DNA from: Syncephalis fuscata S228
Lineage: Eukaryota > Fungi > Zoopagomycota
Reading direction: 5' to 3'
Length of the DNA stretch: 64,000 nt
Assembly (NCBI GenBank): GCA_025786725.1
Contig: JAHLTZ010000023.1
Coordinates: forward strand, 248,001-312,000
In this document: piece after piece, positions 26,539 to 40,598 of the stretch
Numbering within the stretch: the first letter of the stretch is position 1
Layout of the letters: each line of letters opens with the position of its first letter
Notes under the pieces: generated by a model
Databases searched by the model: none
What the model was told of the DNA's origin: nothing
What the model saw: the letters and a program-made list of their open reading frames with translations, nothing else
Translations under genes and position numbers: made by a program

Positions 26539-28023
26539 ATGTTTTCCCTTGCTAGGCCACTCCATCTACAGTCGAGACCGCTGCACCAGGTCTGCGCACG
26601 TGCCTGCCATCTAACGAAACCTTGGCCGGCGATTAGACATCTTATTACTGATGCTGCAGCAAGTGAGCAAGAATGCTTCACTGAACACTTGACCAAGGAG
26701 GATGCTGGTAAGCTTCTCCTTACGTGTGCAAGGCCTTGACAACTGCTGATCCTTTAGTATGACCGCTTGTGCACGGCCCTCCTTAGGCATTGCTGTACTC
26801 AACTTGAATCGACCTAAAGCAAAGAATGCACTATCGCGTGCACTGGTTGATAGCTTTCGTAGTGAAATAGACACACTACGGTACAACAAGTAAGTATAGT
26901 TTATATAATAGCATAAAGTACTGTTGTTTATTATAAAACATCATATTCAGGGATACTCGAGTAGTTATTGTACGAAGTCTTGTCGATGGTGTATTCTGTG
27001 CCGGTGCAGATCTAAAGGTGACGAGAATGCATAGTCGGTCCTATTGTACACCGCTGACGTCACGAACCAACAGGAACGTGTTACAATGACCCCGAATGAA
27101 GTGGCTAAATTCTTGCACACATTAAGACAAGCATACCGTGAATTAGAGGTAATACAATTTATATTATGTATATGCATATCATTAATGCACATGCTGTACA
27201 CGGATAGACATTACCCATTCCAACCATTGCTGCAGTTGATGGTGCTGCACTTGGGGGAGGAATTGAGATGGCACTTTGCTGTGATTTCCGTGTAGCCGGA
27301 CCCGGTGCAAAAATCGGTCTTCCTGAGACAAAACTGGCTATTATTCCGGGTAAATTTAAACAGCTGTTTTTTGCTTATTAATTAAACACTAACTGTGGTC
27401 GGTGGTAACGTATATTAGAGCTGGTGGTACACAGCGGCTTACACGCTTGGTGGGTATTGATAAGGCCAAACTGTTAATATACACTGGTCGAATTCTCGAT
27501 AATGTTAGTGCGGAGAACTATGGTAGGTTTGGTCGACGATTCAATGCATCACTGACTAATTGTACATTGGATAAGTATAGGCGTGGTTACCCAAGCTATT
27601 AGAAAAGAGACTGCGTATGATGGTGCGCTTTCCTTGGCTCGAGAAATGCTTCCTCAAGGTAAGTAAATAGCTAATGAGTTTTGCAGCAATGGCTCATTAT
27701 TAATTGACAATACATACACTGTGGTAGGACCCATTGCTATGCGTATGGCAAAACTAGCAATTGATTATGGCGGCCCATTGGATTTGTAAGTAAAAATATG
27801 CTATTTTTAGCACAATAAATAATGTAGCACTAATTTATATTGCTAATAAACTAGGGAAACTGGCCTTGAGTTTGAGCAAAGATGTTATGCGCAAGTTATT
27901 CCTACAGAGGATAGAATGGAAGGTACAAATAGTGTAATGGTACATATTGACTTGTGATTTACTCTATGTTTAGGACTAAAGGCTTTTCGCGAAAAACGTA
28001 AACCAATCTACCATGGCCAATAA
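26539..28023 (+). CDS. Methylglutaconyl-CoA hydratase (AUH-like crotonase), mitochondrial, multi-exon
   Basis: [87 protein letters not shown]; Arg/Ser-rich presequence. Confidence 0.92.
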
Positions 28024-28202
28024 ACAAATGTACGGTTGTTCACTGTACAAAGAAAAATAGTAATAATTATTATGTTTAAATAACTAGCTTTTATTTAACA
28101 AATGTTTAATGTGTTTTATAAATTTGATATTTGCTAGCATGACGTTCATGAATAATAATTATAATTCTGTTACTTTATCAATAAAAGTATGTTCAGTAAA
28201 TA

Positions 28203-29850
28203 TTATGCGTCGAGTGACAAAGCACTGTCTTTGCGCGAAGTATAATCCGTTGCTAGTCTTGCAGAGAACTTGGCAGTTTGCGGTGTTTGTATATCACTGT
28301 GGCTGTACTTTGTAAGACTGTGATCCAAGGACACAAATCGGTCATGTGTCGAGCTTTCCTCTACTGGTGGGCGCAGCAATAAAATAATAGATGCATTTTG
28401 AGCAATATGCATTAACATAGAAACTATATGTAGTGGGATGGCATTATTTGGAGTGCGTCGCAAATCAGGCTGTGCTAGTCCTGCCAGTAGAATAACGCCC
28501 AAAATCAAATGCGTTGCGCACTGTACTGTAGACAGTTGCATTAGACGTAGTGTTGTTTCACGAGTAGTCCATGTGATGGCGACACGTCGTCTCTGTTGGC
28601 GGAATAACAGTACGAAAAATAGAAAGGCACCAAAAAATGCCAGCCGAGTTATTGCACCAATAGCGAGTGCACTAATGGACCAGGTTCCACTGGCCAGCCA
28701 GCCAACCATCACGAGCCATACAGTGGGCTTGGGCGCTAGATGTAAGGCGCAGGCTGCAATGCCGTAAAGCATATTTAGCACCGAAGCTACATAATGAATA
28801 CGTCGAGACATTCGTTTTTGACGAAGCATTACTTTGGCCCAAAATATGATGAGGGCAGATTCGCCAAGTGTCGTAAGCAGATTGCTAAGCGCAAGTAGAA
28901 TGGCGCGTGGTGTTGCAGGCAATGCCGGTATTTCACCTATACCACGAGATAGCAGGCCAATCAGGCATAGTGTGTAAATCCAGTTGGCCACAGTGGAATT
29001 GAGCTCTTTTTGCAGCCATAGAACTCGAAGCCGATAGACGCCGTACATGAGAAATAACACAGCCATGCCGACAAAGCTATAGACAAGTCCAAGTAAACCG
29101 ACATTTTCAAGTATCTGAAGCCATTGGCCAGATTCCTCGGTTAGAATAGCTCGAACACTTTCGGTATCGGTACTGGATAAAACTTCGGCAAGTTGCGCTG
29201 CTCTTAATGGTGAGTAAAAGGCAATCGATAACAGTGCATCCGTATGATTAGCGCTATACGCTTTTAATAATGGCTGCCGACATGGTAGTTCAAGCCAGGA
29301 TCCGCAGTAACGTTCATTAGGCCCACCAGGTACCGGATTTTGAGAAGGTAATATAATTCCCTCCAACCTGCGGCTTTGTTTGGTTGCCATAATGTTATGG
29401 ATGATCTATGAATATCATTAAAATGGTCAGCTAATATAAAATAACTAACACGCCACCTACCTCTAAATGAGACGAGCATTTGTGTAAAAGTGGGTGTTCT
29501 TCTTTCTCTTCAAAGGCAACAACGGCTAGCGTTTCTTTAAGTTCTGCCCATCCTGTATCCACTTGACTTAGTGTTTTTATCGGCCACTTTGGTTTGCAGC
29601 TACTGTCGATATGAACTAGCAATGCTCGGCCATCAGGTATTGATTTGTAACCATAAGGTTCACTATTATGCTCAAACCAAATGGCTGTAGAAACAGCAAC
29701 CTCAAAGCCAGTTATCCAGCTAAGTGTCAATGTGGCATCCACGCTGTTTCTCGTTAAGAGAAGCGCCAAAACTGCAGCAGCAAAATGTATCATGGGCAAG
29801 GATAGTGATACAAGTGAATAATGTCGATACATCGCATTGCTATTGGCCAT
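28203..29850 (-). CDS. Signal peptide + extracellular domain + ~7 TM helices (orphan GPCR-like membrane protein); intron 29460-29406
   Basis: Hydrophobic signal MIHFAAAVLALLLTRNSVDA; GTAGGT..CATAG intron joins ORF 29431-29892 in frame to ORF 28203-29390; about seven hydrophobic segments. Confidence 0.7.
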
Positions 29851-31524
29851 AGTTGGTGTAACTGCAATAAATATAATGCCTACACAGTCCAATTAGTAAA
29901 AGTCAAAATAAAAACCTGTTACACTTATACATACACACAAGTGTTATTGCTTGCAAAAAATATATGATAGATTGATAGCTTTAAAGTAGCATCAATACTA
30001 TTAATTTCAATAGGATGAATATCTTGACTAGTGGAACTAATCAAGTAGTATGGTAATAATGAGGCCGTTAAAATGTAAGCTAATAATAATAATTGTAATA
30101 ATAATAACAGTAAAAAATAATAATAATAAAATTGCAGTAAATTGAATAGACGCAAAGAAAAATCTACTTCTATGCAAAATTTCTAGTAAGCGGTTCCTCG
30201 AGAGAGATGGCTGAAACGTAACAGCTCAGGAAAGTGTAAAAAAGAATGATACGGTGAAAAAGAAAAATCTGTAGACCGTTGGCCTAACTAATATAATGAT
30301 GAAAAAAAGAATTTATTTGTTGGAATTTAACAAAGCATCGTTTTTAGACACGAGTATTTGACTGGATTCAAAGGGCCGATTGCTAGCAGGAGCTGACTGG
30401 CTAAATAGAACTAAAAAAGGATATAAAACAGAAATTGTCCATGTGAAGGAGAAATTTTTTGACGTCGTTTTCCATTTATGGTAATATAATTCGAGTGTAG
30501 TTTCAAGTCTGTCGGATGGACTATGAAATTACTATTTTTTAACTAAACCACATGGTGGCTGGCTTGCCATGAAACCGTATATTTGCACCATTAATACGAC
30601 ATAGTGTAAAGAAAGAACCGCTATGATACCAAGGGCAGCTTCAGCTGATACTCACTGGAAACAATTGCAATTGTATGTGTTGTTATATCCTACATTTACC
30701 GATATATCTTGTCAGCATGATGTATAGATGCAATCGAGATGGTCAAGGCAAACAAAGCATAGTACTGTGACGGCTGATTTATGCATTTGCAATAAACATG
30801 TGCTTTTTAACAACCTGGATATGACGAGCCATGTTGTTACAATACAGTATTTGACAAATAGGTCTAACTGCCAAGCCCAAATGAAGTTTAAAGCGTGGTA
30901 TTATAAACATTCGAAGTAATAAGCCGCCTATGCTTTAAATCAATTTCAACTTGACACAAGTTTGGAATTCATTCGGTAATTCTCTATCCGCACCAAATAC
31001 TAGTCGAGTCATACTTATTGTATATAATTTAACACTTTGTTTGCTATATTTACTGATCCTGACAATACCACTGTTCCGCTCGTTTTAATCTAGAAATATA
31101 AAACTTCAATAGAGTACAGTAAATGAATGTGCTAGTCAAATAGTTCTAAACGAATGTTATTCAATAGTATTAAATGTCAATTATTTACACTACATTGTAA
31201 TTATATTGGACCAAATAACAATAAAACAATACTAATGTGAATATCACTATTTTATTAAAGGTAAGTAGTCATTTGTGTATTTTGAATATAGAATGACTGC
31301 CTATCTTTTAACATTCAGTAACTATTTATTTATTTGTATTTATTCTTGTTATAGTTACTATACTAATACTAAATAATTTATTGGCTATTTAATATGATTT
31401 AAAATTAGATGACTAAATTTAATACCATTTGCGCAACTAAGTTAAATACTTATTTTGTTTAATAAATAGCTAATATATTGTTTATTCACTAACTATACTA
31501 CTAATAGTGCCAATAAAACTATTT

Positions 31525-32078
31525 ATAAAGTAAAGCTAGCTGTTTAGTTATTAAATAACCTTACCTAGCAGTTAATTACCATCAGCTAAATGGATATGTG
31601 GTGGCAATATGACCAAACAGAGTTTAACCTCCGATGAATATGATAAATATGCAACAACAAAGCATGAGCAACAATGGCAGGTTGTAGCGTTTAAGGCTTA
31701 ATAAACAAAATAATTTATGTCTATTGCAATTAGAACTAGCAATAAGCAAACAATGCATTGGAATAAAGGTGACCAAAATACTGTAAAATAAGATATAGTA
31801 AAATAAATAATAAAGAGGATTGAACTATGATTTAATAAATTGCTTATTAATATTACTCATCAATCAGCTTCATTTCCAGCAACCCGACTGTCTCATTCAA
31901 CTCTATGGATGCTATCAAATGCAGCTATTTGGCCATTAAATCATACTAAACTGTTAATAAAAACATTTGTTTAATAGCATGAAATGTCATATAGATAAAA
32001 CAGCATTAAAAGGTTATATAGCAGTGATACTTTTATAATAATAGCTGTTTGTTACTTTAATAAAATCTAAAAATGCTG
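31525..32078 (+). repeat. ~555 bp near-identical direct repeat, copy 1
   Basis: ataaagtaaagctagctgtttag...aatctaaaaatgctg recurs at 41172-41727; I counted about 4 differences. Confidence 0.95.
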
Positions 32079-33062
32079 TCTTTTGTCATTAGCTCTATGA
32101 GTAAATATAAAGCAACACTGTTATAATAGATGAAACAGATAGTATATTTATTAATTGTATTATTAGTATGTTTTATGTTGCACGTGCAAATCAATAGAGC
32201 AAACGTGTATATAATATATTCATATCTAGAAATTCAATGCTGTTATCATGCATATCAGGTATGTATAAAGATATAGATTTATTGCTTATTGAGTAAGTGC
32301 GAACTGTTATATGCCTGTCCATGTCCAATGCAATGTGGTATTTCATGTCAAGGCAATGGTTGTCGTATGGTATAGCAGCGTGATATCAATGCCAGAAGAA
32401 ACACGCATAGTGTGTCCAGTACAGCGGCAAATGACTTACCGAAGTTTTTTATCCTTTCATAGCTTCATACTATAAGAAATTAAGTTCATGCTGTTGCGAC
32501 ATTATCATAAGCAAAATAGAATAGTTTATTGTAAATAGCGCGAGACTATTCACTACAAGTATGTGTATATTTTCAATATTTGCTAATAAACAGCGAATAT
32601 TATAATATTGTGGCAGGTTCATTTTTGCTTAAATAAGGCGGAGTTGACATTACATTGCATCCACAAATCGTTCATTTCAACAGCGGAAACTGACGACAAT
32701 TAGATATTAAAAATCTAAACTGAGCGCAATGCTTGCTTGTTATCTATCGGAATTGTATTGGCCGCTCGTTGGTAGGCAGTCCTTGCAGCATGAGCCCCTT
32801 ACTTTTTCTCACTCGTTCTTCTTCCTCACCCGCACATTCCCTTTCTCGCTTCCTTTTATTACCTTTCCCCGTATTACTAGTTATTATCCCGCTAGCCCAG
32901 CACGCTATCCTCCTACATATCTCATAACGCCATCTTAAAGCACAAGTCTTGCTTTCCCTGGACTGCTGTAGCCTGTCCAGTAGTACTATTATAGATAGCG
33001 ACCGATTTACCCCTTCCTTCTTGTTTTGTTGTTAATACTGCAGAGCAATCACTAGGGGAACA

Positions 33063-34408
33063 ATGAGTCGTTGTGACCGCCCGCACCAGACCACTATGAA
33101 AGCGGGCCTTGCCACTTCTACTCCTCCCCCCGTTTCTATCTACTCCTTCGCTGCTTCTACGTGCACGGTGAAAAATGTGCCTCCAGTGGATATTCAAGTG
33201 CATAGACCAGATACCGTGCCGTTTCCGTCGTACAGTGAAAGTGAGAGTGCGAGTAATAGGTGAGCTATATCTGAGGTGTCCCGATTAGCACGTGGCTTAT
33301 TTGTATAATCCTGTTTTTTGCTATATTTAACACGCATGTCTACCCGATTGCATGATTGGTTTAATTGCTATCTATTCTGCAGCAACTACTTGATGGCAAT
33401 ACCAAAGGCAAATAGTTTGAACGTTTGTCCATCATCCACGCCGGTCGAGGAGTTAAGTGAGACTGCCAGTATGCTTGGCAAACACTTGACATTTGCTGCT
33501 GCGGATGATGCCATTTTTGACCGCATCTGTAAACAGCTAGACGATTTGCTTGTTTCAGCTGAAGAAGCCATTTTTGCTCCAGTATTAATTGACAATGAGT
33601 ATAACAACGAAACGACGACGACGACGACTATGAAGAAGATTATGAAAGCTATAATCAAAGCTATTATCAAAATTCTAATAATACTATTCCCATAGGCGTT
33701 TCGTATAATCGTTGCCATAGCTTTTTACAGAATATCGACGTTCAAACTAACGATTTGCTGAATCGGCCATACAAAGTACCTACTAGGCGTTTTTCGTATC
33801 AAATGCCTGCGGCCCCACTGTCACCATCGATTCCGAATTCCTGTCATGATAAAAATGCCCAATTATGCGATTTTTATCAATTCCCATCAAAATCAGATAG
33901 TCATTTACCATACGACTCATCTGATAATCGTACTGTAAAATATCATTACACCGATCAGTACCATAACGAATCTAACAATTTATTAACACCAGTAGCTGCA
34001 GTCACGCCAGTGCAGCCATGCTATTTACATTTATCAATTGAGCAACAACAACAACAACAGCAGCAGCAGCAGAGACAACAACAACAACCATGTAATTTAC
34101 CAGAATCTTTAAACGAGCTATCATTGGCTTGTCGTCGGTGTGAGAAAAAACAACAAACACCACTGGAGCTACTTGGTGAATTTCCCATACTAGTTTATCA
34201 TTTATATAATCGTATATCAGCATTAGCAGGATGGCTGGTCCGTTTAATTCTAGCATGCTGGACTCATCGTGGTATGTTAATTCGCGTATTGTTTAAAATA
34301 ATACCAACTTTGCGACAACGTCTTCGAAGAAATGACAAGCTAGTATGTGAATCGTGCCGTCGCGTCATCACTAAAAAGAATGATGCCTCTACAAACACTG
34401 AGCCTTAA
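33063..34408 (+). CDS. Hypothetical protein (orphan; acidic and poly-Q tracts); intron 33260-33382; apparent frameshift at ~33611
   Basis: GTGAGC..CTGCAG intron keeps frame; DRICKQLDDLLVSAEEAI helix; restoring one A gives ENDDDDDYEEDYES and joins ORF 33755-34408. Confidence 0.6.
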
Positions 34409-35199
34409 CTTTGAACTAGTTAAATTTTGCACATATACTAATCACAAATATTAGACGTTTATTCTTGCATTTATATAATATTGACAAATTTGCATTATTG
34501 CATCATTTTATTTACAGTTTATTTAACTTATTATTTGCTAATCAAAATATCAATAAAAATACTACTGGTGTTTACAAACACTATTTATTTAATTATATAC
34601 CAAACCTAGCAGCATTGTTTCTAGGGAATTTAGAAAATACACTGTTTTTAAATTTCATCATAATATATTCCTCTTTTTTAAATTTATTTATCAATAAAAT
34701 CATTTTTTGTTTGCCTCACCTTTGTTTTTTTGTAATGACTTTATCACCGATTAAATAGTCTTTAATGGCATGTTTTCTTTTTTATAGCTGTTTCATTAGT
34801 AGTTTGTATTTGTTTTTCAATAAAAACGTTTATTTCAACATCACTATTGTTTCAATACTATTAGTACTAGTTTTTACATGACATATTTCTTGTATTGTAT
34901 TTTTTTAGTTGCATCTGCTACAAGTATATTGTTGAAAGTCTTTTAACAAATAAAACACAATTGGCATTGCCATTAATATTGCTACAATTAACTAACTACG
35001 TAAATAAACAAAGTTTTAAATTAAAATTACTGCATTTATTGTAGTTACCTTTTTTCCATCAGGCAATTTTAACTTTGTAGCTTTTATTATTTAATAATAT
35101 TATAAATATATAATACTGTTACTCAAATAACAGTAAAAATGTTTTTTATAATCCAATTCATTTAGTATATTATCATAATTTATACAATTACAATTTTTG

Positions 35200-35365
35200 T
35201 TATAAATATGCTAATTTAAGCTATTGTTATAAATTAAAGGGATTTGATACTAATAATATTTTTTTATTAAATTAATATTAAAACATTTGACTAAGCTACT
35301 ATTTCTATTTCTTTTCCTCTTTGGTTACTTGGCCAATGCTACATCATTTTATTAATAGAATTAAT
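35200..35365 (-). repeat. Old dispersed repeat family member (relatives ~37725-37900 on - and ~48200-48372 on +)
   Basis: Shared core tttgactaagc..tct..tttcct..ttggtt(a/g)cttgg with collinear flanks. Confidence 0.65.
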
Positions 35366-35962
35366 AGTATCATTATCAAAATCACATGAAAACCATTAAA
35401 ATATTTAATATTGTACTGGATAATCTTTACTAGGCCAGTTTTCTGCTTTCTGCCAGCCAAAACAAACTGACATTTGTTGCTGGAACGTCTTCATGAGGAT
35501 AAATAAGCTGTAATCTTGTTGAATCGCTACTTTCTCTTTTAAAATTGCAACCGTTAACAAGCTTAAACTCGTCAACAGCGGCCCTTAGTTTTTCGATACT
35601 ATTAAATACAGCTTTTTAAATAATTTGGTAGACATTTGGTAGATTTTTTAGAACGGCGATTTTGGTAAATAAAATTTAAAACGGTGTATTTTTCTAAATT
35701 CTTTTTTAATAACCATTTAAAATAAATAATGCTATTTATTGTGTTTATTATAGTAATTGTGTTATAGTACAACATTGAACAATGATACCATTGTACCAAA
35801 ATATGTAAATGTACTATCGCGATCTCCCCAATGAGATATGTTACCATCGGTGAATTAATTGTCCGTTATCAACTTCCTATTGATCCTCGTGCACCCCTTT
35901 TACAGTCAGGTGCAGTTTTTCAACCTTTTCTCATTCTCCTTGCTTCATTCTAAATTGTAATT

Positions 35963-37101
35963 ATGAGTGTATTCAACAGTGCAGAGCCAACGCAAGAAAC
36001 GTGCAAACCTTTTGTACTTTCTCGCAAAAAGCCAACTGAGCCTGTGCTAAGTTTGCCAAATGGTTTTGCGGCCGAGACATTGCCACCGCGAACGTTGACC
36101 GCTGAGCAGGAAACAAAGCTAGCAGAGTTACGAAATAAAATACCTGCTTTGCTAGCCATGCCACCAATACACAAGAGGATGAGGAGTGGCTAAGCGATGA
36201 TAGATGCTTATTGCGATATTTACGTGCAGCTCGCTGGAATAGCACGAAGGCGGCGGAAAGGATCCAGTGCACATTGCAGTGGCGCCACGAACGACGGCCA
36301 CACCGTCTGGATCCCGCTTACGTACGCCCCGAAGCAGAAACCGGAAAGCTAACATTAAATGGATTTGATCGTTACGGACATCCTGTAATTTATTTAGTCC
36401 CCAATCGAGAAAACACAAAAACATCTCAGCGTCAAGTAGATCATTTTATTTTTTTCATGGAACGAGCCATCGCTGCTATGCCGTCACATGTCGATCAAAT
36501 GACGCTAGTTATTGATTTTACGGGCACTAGTATTTTTCAATCACCCGGCGCCGGTGTGGCTCGTGAAATTGCTAATACACTGGAACGTCACTATCCGGAA
36601 CGGTTAGCTTCGGCGTTTATTATCGGTGCGCCATGGTTTTTCGGCCAAGTTTATAAGCTAATTTCGCCATTCCTTGACGAAGTGACACAAAAAAAAGTTC
36701 AGTTTATCGATATTAAAATCCCGCCTCCTGTACAGTCCAATGAAGTAGTAAATAAAAAGAAAGCGGAAAATCGCAAAAGCTGGCTTTCCTTTAGCCGTCA
36801 TAGCGGGGAGGCGGCAGCAAATCATCCAATGCGCGCTGCAACAATGGGTCCAACCGTTGGTCAGCGTGCAAGCACTGGTGTATCCGCATCGGTATCGGAA
36901 ACAGAGGAACAAAGCGGCCTCGCAAATACAACGACGCAAGGTGTTCCGTCTGTAATTTGGGATATCATTGCGCCAGAATTATTAGATGCTACTGTAGGTG
37001 GCAGAATGGTATTCCACCATGAAATGCCAACATATTGGGATCATTTGTTGTCTCATACCGTAAATTATGTACCGGAACTACCGGTTGATATACAACAATG
37101 A
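35963..37101 (+). CDS. CRAL-TRIO/Sec14-like lipid transfer protein (PDR16/SFH3-like), paralog 1; apparent frameshift at ~36164
   Basis: WLSDDRCLLRYLRAARWN..TLQWR..EAETGKL..GFDRYGHPVIYL..FFMERAI..HYPERL..PWFF..ISPFLD. Confidence 0.9.
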
Positions 37102-37724
37102 TAAATAAATGCAAACAATAAGGTTTGATGCTAATTATAATTTTGCTAAATTGTGCAATATGGCAATTATAGGGATGTTAGTGCGTATAAATAAAACTTT
37201 GATTAGATTATTTATTAACTGTAGTATATTAGCAAATATATATAGCAAAACAATAAGTTTTTTCTCTTTTAATTTGTCGTAAGCTGTAATTAGAAAATAT
37301 AGAAATATAAAAATGTTAAAGTTATAGCGTATATAGTTGACGAATAAAATAAAGTCAAAATTTATTGGTAATATATCTGGTGCCAAACAGACAACAGCTA
37401 TAAATAACGCATAGTTATTGTACAATAAAATGATATTGTTACGATTTGAGTTTTTTAAAGTTTGTAATTTAGATGGGAAACAATACAGTATTCTATATAT
37501 TGTTATTATTTGACCAAATTACATGATTCAACGAGGTTCAGCTTAAGCTTTGTTGTACGCTAATTAAGGTTTGTTCCCGTCAGGATCCTTTTAATTTGTT
37601 TTCCATTTAATGGCTGACAGTATTATAAATACTTAATGCTGTAAGCCAAACATTAAATAAACAACTTTTTTTACTTCCAATTTTAGTTTAGCTTATTTTC
37701 AAATGTATACAGTCAAGACTTTTG

Positions 37725-37900
37725 TATAAAGTACTGAATAAAGTTAATTACTGGTAATAAAAGTTGTTAGAATACTAAAGTAATAATCCTTATTAATTCA
37801 AGTATCTGGCATCTGACTAAGCCACCTCTATTATTTTCCCTCCTATTTTAGTTGCTTAGCAAACCTTACAATGCCATACATCTGGTTTTGTAATAACATT
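37725..37900 (-). repeat. Old dispersed repeat family member (relatives ~35200-35365 and ~48200-48372)
   Basis: tctgactaagccacctctattattttccctcctattttagttgcttagc...tctggttttgtaataa aligns to the reverse complement of 48200-48290. Confidence 0.6.
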
Positions 37901-38948
37901 TAACATTTGATTTTACTAGCGTCCATTTAACGTTTAAAGTACAATATATTGACTGATTAACATTGTTTTAATTATAAGTTTATTTCTTATTGATCACTAA
38001 TCAGCACAGTTTAATTATAATACATTGAATAACTTTTATGCGGCCAAGTAGAGATAATATGATATTAGAGATTAGCATTGTACATTATTGGTTTTAAATA
38101 AAGCTATTACTAATAGGAAACATAGTCAATAATAGAATTTGAATGTTTTGTACTATTTTGTAATTAAAGCAGCGTATTAGCCCATATAGCTAATTACATA
38201 TTTACAATTAACAAGTAATTAATTGTTATATTTTTGTAATAAGCGTTTGTTACTGGTAATTAATAATAGTCAGTATACGCGTTATTATTATGATCAATCA
38301 CATGTAATTTTAACATATTATCCAATCACATATTGTATTTCTTGGTCACATTTTCACAAGGCTATGGCCATAATATCATGATAGCAACAATAGGATAATA
38401 TACAATTGGATAAGTATACAATTTGAAGTGTATGAATAATCATATTATAGCTATAATTCTATAAATTAGTGGGTAAAATAAATTGCAGACTAAAAATAGA
38501 ATGCATCTAATATATTGTAGAATAATATATATTGGTAGGAGTATACAATGGAATTGATGCTGATGAATAGAGCATACATATGCATACTGAATAATAAATA
38601 TATAATAATGAGTATTTTAATGACTGGTACATTCACCACTTGACTCCACGTTTAGTAGAATAAATACTGTTAAATTTTAGTTAATTGCACATAATAGAAT
38701 GCCATCACCATGATAAATAGAATCAATCATATGAATATGAAAATTATATTGTGAATAAATCATCATTCCAAAGTTCAAGGCCTTTGAAGGTTTCACGATG
38801 TATATATACAAAATCAAAATACGCGTCTAGCTTATGTTCACTACAACTACACATTATGTTTCTTTATCTTTTAGTAAAGCATTATTGACCTGAATAGTTT
38901 TTGACAATCCAGCTATTATCCTTTTCTTGTATTATTCACTTGTGCACA

Positions 38949-40598
38949 ATGGACCATATTCCTATACTTGTTATTGGACGTGTTGCGATATTTTCTGACA
39001 GTGACTCACTTGTTCTACTTTCATGTTGCAGTAAATGGCTGCAGTATTGCATTAGTCAACAGAACAATTTCTGGTACCAGCGATATAAGCAGTATTACAA
39101 CCTTGCGGATGACAATGAGATAAAATGGCTAGCCTGGTATGTGAAGATAGTACGTGCACCAAAGCTATTCGCATCGCAAATTAAAAAGACAATCAACATT
39201 GCACGGCTGCATAACCAACACATCAAATGGTTTCATGCATTTTGCTATCGGCGTGCTACTGAAGCAAATTGGCTTAAAGACACGCCATATCCAGTCAAGG
39301 ATTTAATGGAAAAAAAACTAAATAACATCCAATATATTGTATTGCAACGAATTGCTCATCGTGATAGTGACCTGCGAAGATGCTTTATTGTTGAGCAGTG
39401 TCAGCCAATAGGAGAAATATCTACTAAACGGTTTTGGCACTTGCGTAGATTATTTCTGGGCAATGCAAGCTATGAACTATACGTAAAACAGTGTCTGATA
39501 TCAGATAGATTTGTGGTAACTATTAGTAGACAAACAAATAGCCCAGGTTATGTTAACGTAAAGCCAAGCATCATTTCCGTTTGGCCAGTGAGTCGAGTTT
39601 CAATCATGCAACCACGTCAGTTTTCCTGCTTATGCAATAATACAGACATTCGTGGTCGCTGGATGATAGTTGATCATTCAGAAATAGTAGTCAAAGAAAT
39701 GCCTTGGCTTGGTTCACTAACAACCACTCGCGTTTTTGATCTTGCCAACAGTCAAATGTGCATGGGCACTATTAAAACTCATCAAGGAGAAACCTTTTTA
39801 TTGAGAGTTACTGAAGAAGCAGCAACTGTATTTAGTAGAACATTACACCACTCAGATACCACTACCACATTTAGATGGAATGTATGGGAGTTTTCAAATC
39901 GTTATTTAGGATATGGTCCGCGTTGTTTAATGCAAGGAGAAATCCGTTTTAAGAAATACGATGACTCTGCGATTCCTGTAAAAAAGTTGGATGATAATCG
40001 ACTTTTAATTGAAAATAACTCACAGTCAGCTTTTGATATGTGGAATGAAAACAGCGCAGATGAAATAAGCTTGGCCATGATTTCAACAGACTGCAGCTAT
40101 TCAAGCATTTGCATTAAAGATGCAAAGCCCATTTGGACACTTAACGGTTCTTTTTATGGCACAGTACCGCTATTTGGTTCTAACCGCATTCTTGTTATGT
40201 CTGGGAAAGGATGGACGGTCCACAGCTTAATCGATGGTGTTATACTAGCACATATCGACGTAAGAAATTTAATTTCGACGCTTGAGCACCATCGTTCGCT
40301 TAGTATGAGCGTGTATATTAGGCGTTTTTCATTATACAGAGGAAGATGTGCTCTTTATGAATCTATAAGCGACGGCACATTTATAGCAGTGGATTTGATT
40401 CATCCAAGTCGTACTAGAAATTTGGGCAAAACAAACTCGGAATATTTATACAAGCAAGCACTTCAAAGCCGTAATATTATTGTAAGATTTGATCACCTGA
40501 TCAATTATTCTTTATTACTAAATGATATATTTGATACAAGAAATGCGATGTTGATGGTAGATGGCAAAGATTATAAAATAATTGATGTATCATTTTAA
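38949..40598 (+). CDS. Intronless F-box-like protein (549 aa) with unknown beta-rich C-terminal region
   Basis: N-terminal MDHIPILVIGRVAIFSDSDSLVLLSCCSKWLQYCISQQNNFWYQRY fits a degenerate F-box; W..AFCYRRATEANW motif follows. Confidence 0.6.
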   Translation: MDHIPILVIGRVAIFSDSDSLVLLSCCSKWLQYCISQQNNFWYQRYKQYYNLADDNEIKWLAWYVKIVRAPKLFASQIKKTINIARLHNQHIKWFHAFCYRRATEANWLKDTPYPVKDLMEKKLNNIQYIVLQRIAHRDSDLRRCFIVEQCQPIGEISTKRFWHLRRLFLGNASYELYVKQCLISDRFVVTISRQTNSPGYVNVKPSIISVWPVSRVSIMQPRQFSCLCNNTDIRGRWMIVDHSEIVVKEMPWLGSLTTTRVFDLANSQMCMGTIKTHQGETFLLRVTEEAATVFSRTLHHSDTTTTFRWNVWEFSNRYLGYGPRCLMQGEIRFKKYDDSAIPVKKLDDNRLLIENNSQSAFDMWNENSADEISLAMISTDCSYSSICIKDAKPIWTLNGSFYGTVPLFGSNRILVMSGKGWTVHSLIDGVILAHIDVRNLISTLEHHRSLSMSVYIRRFSLYRGRCALYESISDGTFIAVDLIHPSRTRNLGKTNSEYLYKQALQSRNIIVRFDHLINYSLLLNDIFDTRNAMLMVDGKDYKIIDVSF

